Shown here: piece after piece, positions 28,952 through 38,091 of the stretch
How the letters are laid out: every line of letters starts with the position of its first letter
Numbering within the stretch: the stretch's first letter is position 1
From: Candidatus Cloacimonadales bacterium
GTDB lineage: Bacteria > Cloacimonadota > Cloacimonadia > Cloacimonadales > JAFGVF01
Direction of reading: 5' to 3'
Assembly (NCBI GenBank): GCA_963677495.2
Contig: CAXXOU010000004.1
Location: forward strand, 480,001-544,000
Length of the DNA stretch: 64,000 nucleotides
Notes under the pieces: model-generated
Told to the model about the DNA's origin: nothing
What the model saw: only the letters and a program-made list of their open reading frames with translations
Database searches by the model: none
Program-made: the position numbers and the translations under genes

Positions 28952-29370
28952 GGTTGTAATAGAGTAGACGTTAATGAAAAGTATGGCAATTTGGAGAATA
29001 GCACGATTTCAAGAACTAAGAGTATGAGTTTGACACATAATAGTTCAAGTCAACTACCAACCAAACAAATCACTTGACACACTTGCTACAATCGCATAAA
29101 TAGAATGAATTGATGGGGTGTATGATACACCAAAATTAGTTGAAGAGAAGCGATTCTTTTGAAGCAACATAAAAGTTAATAGAGGGTATTCTCTTCATCT
29201 AATCTAACGATGAATGTAAAATGTAATCAAGCGATGAGTTTTTCTTAAAAATGTTAATAATAACGAGATTAGGCTAAGAAATGGATTTTTATAGATTTAA
29301 TCTAGCTTACTTTTACAAAGACTCATACATTTATCACTACAAAACATTGATATACAGACTGTGAGGTATA

Positions 29371-30513
29371 ATGAAGCATCATGAATATAATCAGAACTTT
29401 AAGTTCTTTGTAGAGCCTGTAGAATTTGATAAGAACACAGATAGAGAGTTGTTACAGTATTGTGTAGGAGCTACGCTTTATATGCCGGGGACAAAAGAAA
29501 TATTACACAAAATCATCAACAACAAATTAGATGGATTAACTTCCATGGTTATGTGTTTCGAAGATGCAATACAAGAATCTGACTTACCTTCAGCTGAATG
29601 CAATGTTTTGTATCATTTAGAAGAGTTAGTAAAAGCCATTAATAATGGAGATACAACAATTGATAGGATCCCATTAATCTTTGTACGTGTTAGAAATCCT
29701 CTTCAATTTAAAGAGTTTACAAAGAGATTGTCATCTACTCAAGCAAAGATTCTTTCTGGTTTTGTATTTCCCAAATTCTATAGTAGCAATGCAAAAGAGT
29801 ATTTAGAGCATCTTAAAGATGTTAATGAGAAGTTTCAAACAGTTTTATATGGCATGCCAATTTTTGAAGGAAAAACTCTTGCTTTGAAAGAAACTCGTAT
29901 TGGAGAGTTAATCACTATCTCTAATACCTTGCGTCCTTACAAAGATTTGATACTCAACATAAGGGTTGGAGGAACAGACTTTTCATCAATATTTGGAGTT
30001 AGACGAGGTATCAACTACTCTATTCATGACATTCATACAGTTCGGGATTGTTTGTCTGATATATTGAATGTGTTCACAAGAGATGACAACAATTATGTGG
30101 TCTCAGGTCCGGTTTGGGAATATTTCTTAGCTCATAAGAAAGAGGATTTAAAAGAGCTACTTGAAGAGGACATCCATCGCTCCTTAATGAAGAGGAATAC
30201 TATTCTTAATGAGGCAATTGACGGCTTATTACGAGAAGTCATTTTAGATAAAGCCAATGGGTTTGTTGGTAAAACTATTATTCATCCATCACATCTAAAG
30301 TTTGTTAATGCAATGCAAACAGTTACTAAAGAAGAGTATGAGGATGCAACCCAGATTCTTGGAACAAAGGGTGGCGTAATTAAGAGTAAAAAAGCAAACA
30401 AGATGAATGAGATAAATCCGCATAGGAATTGGGCGAAGAAGATTGTTAATCGTGCGAAGGCTTATGGAGTTATTGAGAGCGAAACAGAATATCTTAAACT
30501 CTGTTTATATTAA
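29371..30513 (+). CDS. HpcH/HpaI-citrate lyase-like TIM-barrel C-C bond lyase (Ter-associated type)
   Basis: GATLYMPG, CFEDAI, FVRVR, FPKF, RVGGTD, SGPVWEYF, LDKANGFVGKTIIHPSH. Confidence 0.88.
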   Translation: MKHHEYNQNFKFFVEPVEFDKNTDRELLQYCVGATLYMPGTKEILHKIINNKLDGLTSMVMCFEDAIQESDLPSAECNVLYHLEELVKAINNGDTTIDRIPLIFVRVRNPLQFKEFTKRLSSTQAKILSGFVFPKFYSSNAKEYLEHLKDVNEKFQTVLYGMPIFEGKTLALKETRIGELITISNTLRPYKDLILNIRVGGTDFSSIFGVRRGINYSIHDIHTVRDCLSDILNVFTRDDNNYVVSGPVWEYFLAHKKEDLKELLEEDIHRSLMKRNTILNEAIDGLLREVILDKANGFVGKTIIHPSHLKFVNAMQTVTKEEYEDATQILGTKGGVIKSKKANKMNEINPHRNWAKKIVNRAKAYGVIESETEYLKLCLY

Positions 30514-30526
30514 AAGAAGGCAGTAA

Positions 30527-31882
30527 TTGTTGAAGGAAAATTTAACGAACAGGTTTATTGATAACCTTTTTCGACTGAAGAAAGAACATATACCGGAAGA
30601 AGTATACACACAAGCTAAGATTTGCTTGATTAGCCATATAGGTTCTGTGTATGCAGGAAAGAGAATACTTGGAAGTAAGATTGATAGGCTTGTTGAAGAC
30701 TTAGATATCGATGCAGGAATGAGCACTATTATTGGTTATAATAAGAAGAACAGTATTCACAATACAGTTCTTCTAAACAGTTTGATGTGTCATGCTTCCG
30801 AGATTGATGATGGTGAACGTTTCGGAATGGTACATCCTGGAGCTACAGTGATCCCGGCAGTTTTAGCAAAAGCAGAGAGTGAGAACTTGAACGGAGTTGA
30901 TATACTCTTTGGGATAATTGTTGGATATGAAGCAGTAATAAGTCTTGCACATATTATGCAACCAGCTCTTAAGCTAAATGGTTATCATGCAACCGGGATT
31001 TGCGGTTCTATTGGTGCTGCAATGGGTGTAGCTTTTAGTCTTGGACTTTCAAATGAAAAGGTGAAAGCTACACTTTCCGCTGCAGGGACTGCATCATCCG
31101 GTTTGTTAGAGACTATTATGGATGGTTCAGATTTAAAACCTTTCAATGCTGCAAACGCTTCTCTTGCTGGATTAATGTCTGTGAATATGGGATTGGCAGG
31201 ATTTGAAGGTCCGAATGATGTTCTTGGAGGAGAAAGAGGATTAGTGAAAAACATCTGTGGAAATAGACATAATGATCTGTTACCTATATCAGAGCAGAAC
31301 TCTTTCAAGATAAACGAAATCTATTTGAAACCTTATGCTGCTTGTCGACATAGTCATTCAGCAATAGATTCTACCCTAAAGATTCTTAGTGACCATGATT
31401 TTGCTTTAAGCGATATAGAGACTATTACTGTTGAGACCTATGATTTAGCAGTTAGAGGTCATGAACATAAATCAATCCCAAACATTAATTCTGCAAAAAT
31501 GAGTATACCATTTAGTATCGCAGTAGCTTTGATTTATGGAAAAGCCGGAGTGCTGGAATTTAGTAAAGAGACCTTAGAGAATAGGGAAATTTATTCTTTA
31601 ATGGATAAAATGACAATAAAAGCAGATGCTGAGTTATCCTCCAGAGTTCCTAAAGAGAGAGGAGCAAGAGTTTTAATTAAGCTTTCTAACAAGGAATCGT
31701 TTAATGCTGAGGTTGTATTACCCAAAGGTGAACCTGAGACACAAATAACATCAGCAGAAATTAATGATTTATTTATTGACCTTTTGATATATGGTGGGAA
31801 AACACTCTCTGAAGCCAAAACGCTTTTGAACTGCATTTGGGATATAGAAAATAGATTCCAAGATTTAATGCATAACCTATAG
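30527..31882 (+). CDS. MmgE/PrpD family protein
   Basis: HASEIDD..HPG, GYHATG, KPYAACRHSH, AKMSIP, PKGEPE. Confidence 0.92.
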   Translation: MLKENLTNRFIDNLFRLKKEHIPEEVYTQAKICLISHIGSVYAGKRILGSKIDRLVEDLDIDAGMSTIIGYNKKNSIHNTVLLNSLMCHASEIDDGERFGMVHPGATVIPAVLAKAESENLNGVDILFGIIVGYEAVISLAHIMQPALKLNGYHATGICGSIGAAMGVAFSLGLSNEKVKATLSAAGTASSGLLETIMDGSDLKPFNAANASLAGLMSVNMGLAGFEGPNDVLGGERGLVKNICGNRHNDLLPISEQNSFKINEIYLKPYAACRHSHSAIDSTLKILSDHDFALSDIETITVETYDLAVRGHEHKSIPNINSAKMSIPFSIAVALIYGKAGVLEFSKETLENREIYSLMDKMTIKADAELSSRVPKERGARVLIKLSNKESFNAEVVLPKGEPETQITSAEINDLFIDLLIYGGKTLSEAKTLLNCIWDIENRFQDLMHNL

Positions 31883-31914
31883 AAATAGATAACTTTAATA
31901 GAAATGGAGGTTAA

Positions 31915-32799
31915 ATGAAACAGACTAGAGATTTCTTAAAGAAAATAGGGCTACCGACCGGTGATTTGTTTAGTATACCAACTTCCGAGAAGAGATTCGA
32001 TGATGGTGGGCAGTATCGCTTTGAAGTACCTGGTATCCAGAATCCCACCTCAATGAAGGCATTGTTAGAAGAAATAGATTCTTTAGATTTAAGTATACAT
32101 AGAGTTACGCAAACCAAGGGCATAATGCTTCTTTCTGATAAAGATATTACTGAAATGGTATCATTGGCAAAGATAGGTAAAGTTGATTTAGTATTATCAA
32201 TTGGTCCAAGAGCAACTTATGATACAAGTGCATCAGTTCACACTGACGAAGGGCAGAGAATGGGTTTGCGACTTAGAGGCCAAGAACAGATAGTCAGAGC
32301 AATTGAAGATGTAAAAAGAGCTAATGCTCTTGGGTGTAATACTTTCTTGCTCTATGATGAAGGTTTGTTATGGGTACTGAATCAGATGCGAGAACTTGGA
32401 GAGTTACCAAAGGCAGTGAATTTCAAGATTTCTGCACATACAGGTCATGGAAATCCATGCTCTTTTAAGTTGCTTGAAAGTTTAGGTGCAAACTCAATAA
32501 ATCCGGTTCGTGATTTACAGATACCGATGCTTTCAGCGCTAAGGCAAGCGATAGATGTACCAATTGATTTACACACAGAGAATCCAAAATCATCAGGTGG
32601 ATTTATACGTCATTATGATGTCCCCGAAATGATTAGAGTAGCTGCACCTATTTACCTCAAAACAGGTGGGTCTGTTGCAAAAACACATGGTTGGGATACA
32701 ACTGTTGCTGAAGCTAAACAAAGAGCTAAACAAGTAGGGCTGGTTAATCGAGTAATTAAACAGTACTATTCAGATGCTATCTATAGCCCTAAAAAGTAG
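31915..32799 (+). CDS. short U32-peptidase-like TIM-barrel protein
   Basis: YRFEVP, DEGLLWVL, FKISAH.GHGNP, GANSINP.RDL, GGFIRHY, APIYLKTG. Confidence 0.75.
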   Translation: MKQTRDFLKKIGLPTGDLFSIPTSEKRFDDGGQYRFEVPGIQNPTSMKALLEEIDSLDLSIHRVTQTKGIMLLSDKDITEMVSLAKIGKVDLVLSIGPRATYDTSASVHTDEGQRMGLRLRGQEQIVRAIEDVKRANALGCNTFLLYDEGLLWVLNQMRELGELPKAVNFKISAHTGHGNPCSFKLLESLGANSINPVRDLQIPMLSALRQAIDVPIDLHTENPKSSGGFIRHYDVPEMIRVAAPIYLKTGGSVAKTHGWDTTVAEAKQRAKQVGLVNRVIKQYYSDAIYSPKK

Positions 32800-32810
32800 T
32801 ATTGGTAAAA

Positions 32811-33779
32811 ATGCCAAATATTTTGTTTACTAACTACTACAAAGGTAGAGCATTAGAGATTATCCGAAGTATTATTCCTTCAGACTATAATGTTTTGCTA
32901 TTATCTAGGCCTGGTAGAGAAGAGATTCTTAAACTTATACCACAGGCAGATTACTTGATTGCCGGTGGGAGGACAAAAGTGGATCACGAACTTCTTAAAA
33001 ATGCAAAAAGGCTAAGAATGGTACAAAGATCAGGTGCCGGTCTGGATAGTATCGATTTGCAGTATCTCCGGCTTTCAGACATACCACTTTACGTAAATAG
33101 AGGTGTTAACGCAAAATCAGTCGCAGAGCACACCGTTTTACTAATATTATCTGTTTTGAGAAAACTTACTCTTTGTGATCATAGTGTTAGAAAAGGTAAA
33201 TGGGAAAAGCATGAACTAGGGTTACAAAGCAGGGATCTAGGCTCAAAATCTGTTGGTTTGATTGGTCTAGGTAAAATTGGTGAACATGTTTCAAAACTAA
33301 TAAGAGCTTTTGGATCAGAAATATTCTATTTTGATATAAAACGTATTCCCAAAGAAGAGGAGCAGAAGCTTAGTATTAGTTATCTGGAGCTGGATGAACT
33401 ATTGAAAAGGTCAGATATTATTAGCCTCCATTGTCCATTAACAGATAATACTTTGAATCTGGTAGATAAAGAGTTTATTGAAAAAATGAAGCAAAACTCG
33501 ATTATTGTTAATACTGCTAGAGGTAAGTTAATTGTTGAAGAAGATCTAGCTCAAGCTTTGATAAGTAATAGAATTAGCGGGGCGGGACTTGATGTGTTTT
33601 ACCAAGAACCAGTTAGTGATACGAATCCCTTTAAAAGCTTAGAGAATGTTATCATGACTCCGCATGTTGGTGGGGTTTCTTATGACTCATTTAGCAAAAT
33701 AATCAGTAGTGCTTTTGAAAACATAAACCTGCATAATCTAGGCAAGGTTCAAGAAATTGAACATAAACGTGTTTATTAA
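32811..33779 (+). CDS. D-isomer-specific 2-hydroxyacid dehydrogenase
   Basis: GLIGLGKIG, SLHCPLT, NTARG, AGLDVF..EP, TPHVGG (alternative TTG start 32802). Confidence 0.93.
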   Translation: MPNILFTNYYKGRALEIIRSIIPSDYNVLLLSRPGREEILKLIPQADYLIAGGRTKVDHELLKNAKRLRMVQRSGAGLDSIDLQYLRLSDIPLYVNRGVNAKSVAEHTVLLILSVLRKLTLCDHSVRKGKWEKHELGLQSRDLGSKSVGLIGLGKIGEHVSKLIRAFGSEIFYFDIKRIPKEEEQKLSISYLELDELLKRSDIISLHCPLTDNTLNLVDKEFIEKMKQNSIIVNTARGKLIVEEDLAQALISNRISGAGLDVFYQEPVSDTNPFKSLENVIMTPHVGGVSYDSFSKIISSAFENINLHNLGKVQEIEHKRVY

Positions 33780-33798
33780 ACATATGTAGAGATAAATA

Positions 33799-35022
33799 AT
33801 GAAAACAAAAAAAGCGTTGGTACTCGCTGGCGTCAGTGCTCATATACCATTACTCAGAGACTTAAGAAAAAGAGGGTATTATACAATATTAGTTGATTAC
33901 TTCAAGCATCCTCCTGCACGTGATTACTGTGATGAACATATTCAGGAAAGTACACTTGATATGGACCTTGTTTTGGAAGTTGCAAAGCAGAAACAAGTCG
34001 ATCTTGTTGTAACAACCAATATGGATCAAGCAAATGTTACAGCCTGCTATGTCTCTGAAAAACTAAATCTACCCAAGCCGTATTCATATGCTACTGCACT
34101 CAATGTTACTAACAAGGGGTTAATGAAAAGAATAATGGTCGAGAACCAGATACCAACTCCCAAACATGCCTATGTGACAAACTTAAATGAGTTTGATTTC
34201 AATGACATGTCCTTTCCTTTGGTGGTTAAACCTGCGGATAGTAATGGTTCTAAAGGTGTAAAGCGTGTTGAGAACGTCCAACAATTGAGGTCAGGATTGG
34301 CAGAAGCTCTTGAGATAAGTAGAACAAACCAGGGAATCATTGAGGAGTTCATAAATGGAGTTGAGATTCAAATTGATTGCTTTGTTAGGAATGGTTCGGT
34401 TGAAGTTCTAATGACCAAAGAGAGAAGAAACTTGTACACACCAGAAGGTTCGGTATTACAAACTATTGGCTCAACTGTACCCGCAGAGTTAACAGTAAAG
34501 CTACAACAACAGATTCAGCATATCGCAGATAGTATTGCTTTTGCATTTAAACTAGATAATACACCTCTTTTCATCCAAGCGATTATCAAATATGACGATA
34601 TTTATGTCCTAGAATTTGCACCTAGGATTGGTGGAGGATTAAGTAATAAGATGATCGAAATTCATACTGGTATCAACATTGTACATGAATCAGTGAATTC
34701 ATTACTAAAGTCTGAATCGAGTTTCGAAGTTATGTATCCAAAGACAAATTTGATGACATATTTGATTTATGCTAAACCAGGAGTATTCTCATCTATCGCA
34801 GGTGGTGATGAATTAATAGAAAGTGGTGTTATAAAAGACTTTTATACATATAAAACTACGGGCATGAGTATTGGGGCTGACTTAAGGAGTAGTGATAGAG
34901 TTGGAGCTTTTATCGTAGTTGGTGAAAATCAAAAAGAGATGGAAGAGAAAGTTAAGATTGCAAAAAAGACTTTAGAAGTATTGAATTCAGATGGTGAAAA
35001 CATCATGTATAATGATTTTTAG
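33799..35022 (+). CDS. ATP-grasp domain ligase
   Basis: TNKGLMK, FPLVVKPADSNGSKGV, IIEEFING.E, LEFAPRIGG. Confidence 0.9.
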   Translation: MKTKKALVLAGVSAHIPLLRDLRKRGYYTILVDYFKHPPARDYCDEHIQESTLDMDLVLEVAKQKQVDLVVTTNMDQANVTACYVSEKLNLPKPYSYATALNVTNKGLMKRIMVENQIPTPKHAYVTNLNEFDFNDMSFPLVVKPADSNGSKGVKRVENVQQLRSGLAEALEISRTNQGIIEEFINGVEIQIDCFVRNGSVEVLMTKERRNLYTPEGSVLQTIGSTVPAELTVKLQQQIQHIADSIAFAFKLDNTPLFIQAIIKYDDIYVLEFAPRIGGGLSNKMIEIHTGINIVHESVNSLLKSESSFEVMYPKTNLMTYLIYAKPGVFSSIAGGDELIESGVIKDFYTYKTTGMSIGADLRSSDRVGAFIVVGENQKEMEEKVKIAKKTLEVLNSDGENIMYNDF

Positions 35023-35035
35023 TAGAGAGGTAAAG

Positions 35036-35776
35036 ATGTCCAATATTAGCAATTCATCAATTGTAATTGAGTCAGATATCAGCGAAAAGGCAAAAGTTTT
35101 TAATCATGCAGAGATAAAGAAAAGTAAGATATTAGAAGGGGCTTCTATCGGCGATTATGCAATGATAGTTGAATCTACAATCAATAGATATGCATCTATA
35201 AACCGTAGGAACTACATATTTAAATCGACACTTGGAGAGTTTACATATACAGGATTAAACACCATGATTATATCAACAAATATTGGAAAGTATTGCTCCT
35301 TAAGCTGGAATATCTCGATTGGTGGTGGTAATCACGACTATAAAAATGTCACCTCTTATCCCCATTGGAGATTCAATACAATGATGAAAGGAATTGTTAA
35401 CCACAACGATAACAAATTCATCAAGAAACGATTGATGAAAATTGGGACTACTGAAATTGGTAATGATGTATGGATTGGAACAGGTGCAATAATTTTTCGG
35501 GGAGTGAAGATAGGTCATGGAGCAATTATTGGTGCCGGAGCAGTAGTTACGAAAGATGTAGAACCATATGCAATCATAACTGGAGTTCCAGGTAGAGAAA
35601 TTAAACGTCGCTTTAGTGATGAGCAGATAAAAAGATTATTGAAGATAGAATGGTGGTATTGGCCAAACAGCCTTATTGAGGAACATTCTGAAATCATTTT
35701 TACTAACCAAGTTAATGATGATGTTCTAAGTAAGATGGAAGCAATTTCGAAACAATTATTGATAGGAACAGAGTAA
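35036..35776 (+). CDS. hexapeptide-repeat (CatB/Vat-like) acetyltransferase
   Basis: IGKYCS, GGGNH, IGNDVWIG.GA.I..GV.IGHGAIIGAGAVVTKDV.PY, WW; GAGG RBS before ATG 35036. Confidence 0.9.
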   Translation: MSNISNSSIVIESDISEKAKVFNHAEIKKSKILEGASIGDYAMIVESTINRYASINRRNYIFKSTLGEFTYTGLNTMIISTNIGKYCSLSWNISIGGGNHDYKNVTSYPHWRFNTMMKGIVNHNDNKFIKKRLMKIGTTEIGNDVWIGTGAIIFRGVKIGHGAIIGAGAVVTKDVEPYAIITGVPGREIKRRFSDEQIKRLLKIEWWYWPNSLIEEHSEIIFTNQVNDDVLSKMEAISKQLLIGTE

Positions 35777-35777
35777 C

Positions 35778-36290
35778 ATGAAAGAAGTTAAGAAAATCAA
35801 CATGCCTATAAGTCAGGAACAGGTCAATGAGTTAGAAGTAGGGGATTTTATCGAGTTAACCGGGTACATCTTTACGGGACGTGATGCTGCTCTTCCTAAA
35901 CTTGTTGAACTCATCGAGAAGGATGCATTAGAAGATCTGAATCTTGAAGGATCAGCTATCTTCCATACAGCTGTTAGTGCTGCTGGAATAGGTCCCACAT
36001 CAAGTAACAAGTTTGAGATAGAAAGTTCTATCCCAGCTTTATCGAAAGCTGGAGTGAAGATTCATATTGGTAAAGGAGAACTACGTTCTACAACTATTGA
36101 TGAACTCAAAAGAAATGGTTCTATCTACGCAATAACTCCTCCACTGTCTGCGTTACTAACTAGTAAAGCTAAATCCATTGAAGTCGTAGCTTTTCCGGAT
36201 GAAGGTATAGAAGCCCTTCACAAATTATACGTTGAGAACTTTCCAATCGTTATCGCTGCTGCTCATGGCAGGATCATGAAAGATTGTTAA
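35778..36290 (+). CDS. Fe-S hydro-lyase (fumarate hydratase/tartrate dehydratase) beta subunit, divergent
   Basis: LEVGDFIELTGYIFTGRDAA, GPTSS, IGKG, GIEALHKLYVENFP. Confidence 0.85.
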   Translation: MKEVKKINMPISQEQVNELEVGDFIELTGYIFTGRDAALPKLVELIEKDALEDLNLEGSAIFHTAVSAAGIGPTSSNKFEIESSIPALSKAGVKIHIGKGELRSTTIDELKRNGSIYAITPPLSALLTSKAKSIEVVAFPDEGIEALHKLYVENFPIVIAAAHGRIMKDC

Positions 36291-36302
36291 ATGGAGGAAA
36301 AC

Positions 36303-37148
36303 ATGAACTCAGTCATTGAAAAAGTTGCAAAAGGCGTGATTGACGCTTCAACGAAATATACTGATGAGCATAAACAAGCTCTAAGGGACTATATGGTGAA
36401 AGAAAGGTGTTCTCATGCAAAATGGATGATTGAAAAGATTTTAGAGAATGCTGAGATTGCAGAAAAAGAGAAGAAACCGCTTTGTGATGACACTGGCATT
36501 CCTCAGTTGATTCTTGAAGTCGGAAAAAATAGACAGATTACAGGCCGAATTCTTGAAGATATTCAGAATGGAATAGCTGAAGGGTTGCGTATGCTTCCAG
36601 GCAGACCGATGGCAGTTTTAGGAAATGATATTGAGAGAGTAGAACAGACGGCAGGATTATCGGAAGACTCAGGTCAGTTAAAACCAGCTCCAATGATAAT
36701 AAAGTATATAGATGGAGATTTGATTAAGTTGCATATACTCTTACAAGGTGGGGGACCTGAAATAAGAGGGAAAACTTTCAGAATTTTCCATAAACGTTCT
36801 ATTGATACTGTACTGGAAGAAGTACTAACTTGGGCAAAAGAAGGAGCTGCATTGTTAGGTTGTACTCCTTGTGTTCCATTTATTGGTATTGGTAGAACTC
36901 ATTCTGAAGCTACTTCTTTGATGCTGGAAGCAATGGTGAAATCTGATTTCAGCGTACAAAATGAATATGAGAAGATGTTCACTAATAAGTTGAATGAAAC
37001 TAATATCGGCCCACTAGGAATTGGGGGGGACACTACTGCTATTGCAACATTTATTAATATAGGGAACCAACGTGCAAGCGGAGTAAGAATAGTTTCTTTG
37101 CGATTGAATTGCATTGTTGAACCAAGACGAGCAACTGTTTTATTATAG
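36303..37148 (+). CDS. Fe-S hydro-lyase alpha subunit, divergent
   Basis: PLCDDTG, GGGPE, GCTP, NIGPLGIGG, LNC; GGAGG RBS favours ATG 36303 over 36291. Confidence 0.85.
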   Translation: MNSVIEKVAKGVIDASTKYTDEHKQALRDYMVKERCSHAKWMIEKILENAEIAEKEKKPLCDDTGIPQLILEVGKNRQITGRILEDIQNGIAEGLRMLPGRPMAVLGNDIERVEQTAGLSEDSGQLKPAPMIIKYIDGDLIKLHILLQGGGPEIRGKTFRIFHKRSIDTVLEEVLTWAKEGAALLGCTPCVPFIGIGRTHSEATSLMLEAMVKSDFSVQNEYEKMFTNKLNETNIGPLGIGGDTTAIATFINIGNQRASGVRIVSLRLNCIVEPRRATVLL

Positions 37149-37164
37149 ATTAGGATTAAAAACT

Positions 37165-38091
37165 GTGAAATACTCTAATGTAATACCTGTTTATAACTCA
37201 GAAAAGTCATTACCTGAGTTATGTGAAAGAATAAAAAATGTATATGAAACAACAGTGAATGCAGATTATGAAATTATTCTTGTAAATGATTGTTCAAAGG
37301 ATAACTCATGGAAAGTTCTTAAGGAACTACATGAAAAGTATGATAAGGTAAAAGCAATTAATCTATCAAAGAACTCAGGTCAACATTCAGCTACCCAGTG
37401 TGGATTTAAATATTGTACTGGTGATTATGTTGTTATTCTTGATGATGATTTACAAAATCCACCAGAAGAGATTCCCAAACTTATTAATCATATACTAGAG
37501 AACGAAGATATTGATGTAGTAATTGGGACATATATATCTAAGCAACACTCTATAGTTAGAAACATAGGAACCAAGCTGATGAAAGTCTTCAGTTCTATTA
37601 TGTTTAAAACAGATGGTAAACTGAAGTTTACAACTTTTCGAATAGTAAGAGGAAGCATTGCTAAAGAGATTTCCGGAATTAGGATAGCAAGACCTGGTAT
37701 AGGTAGTATGATTAGGGCTACAACTAGTAGGATTTCATCAGTAATGGTCGAGCATAAGGAGAGAAAGTTTGGACGTAGTGGCTATTCATTTAATAGACTT
37801 GTTAAAAGATTCTTTAATAATATTTTTGATAACTCCATATTACCTTTAAAGTTTATCAGCTTCTTAGGAGTCTTCTTTGCTTTCCTAGGATTGGGTTATG
37901 CAGGCTACTTAGTAGTAAGATACTTTTTACATGGTTCTTCTATAAAGGGATGGACATCATTAATGGTGATGGTAACTTTTTTTTCAGGAACGATATTGTT
38001 TACTCTAGGTATAGTTGGTGAATATCTTCTTAGAATACTGATTGAAACTAGAAAACTACCCACTCATCTTGAAAGAGAGAAGTTGTTATAA
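37165..38091 (+). CDS. GT2 polyprenyl-phosphate glycosyltransferase (GtrB/ArnC-like)
   Basis: IPVYNSE, VNDCSKD, NSGQH, DDDLQNPPE, R.FG.SGY, two C-terminal TM helices ending GIVGEY. Confidence 0.92.
   Translation: MKYSNVIPVYNSEKSLPELCERIKNVYETTVNADYEIILVNDCSKDNSWKVLKELHEKYDKVKAINLSKNSGQHSATQCGFKYCTGDYVVILDDDLQNPPEEIPKLINHILENEDIDVVIGTYISKQHSIVRNIGTKLMKVFSSIMFKTDGKLKFTTFRIVRGSIAKEISGIRIARPGIGSMIRATTSRISSVMVEHKERKFGRSGYSFNRLVKRFFNNIFDNSILPLKFISFLGVFFAFLGLGYAGYLVVRYFLHGSSIKGWTSLMVMVTFFSGTILFTLGIVGEYLLRILIETRKLPTHLEREKLL

Noticed and set aside
34991..35776. Antibiotic resistance acetyltransferase (cat/vat)
   Set aside because: Same fold, but it has an N-terminal extension and sits inside a sugar-modification operon, so a sugar O-acetyltransferase is more plausible
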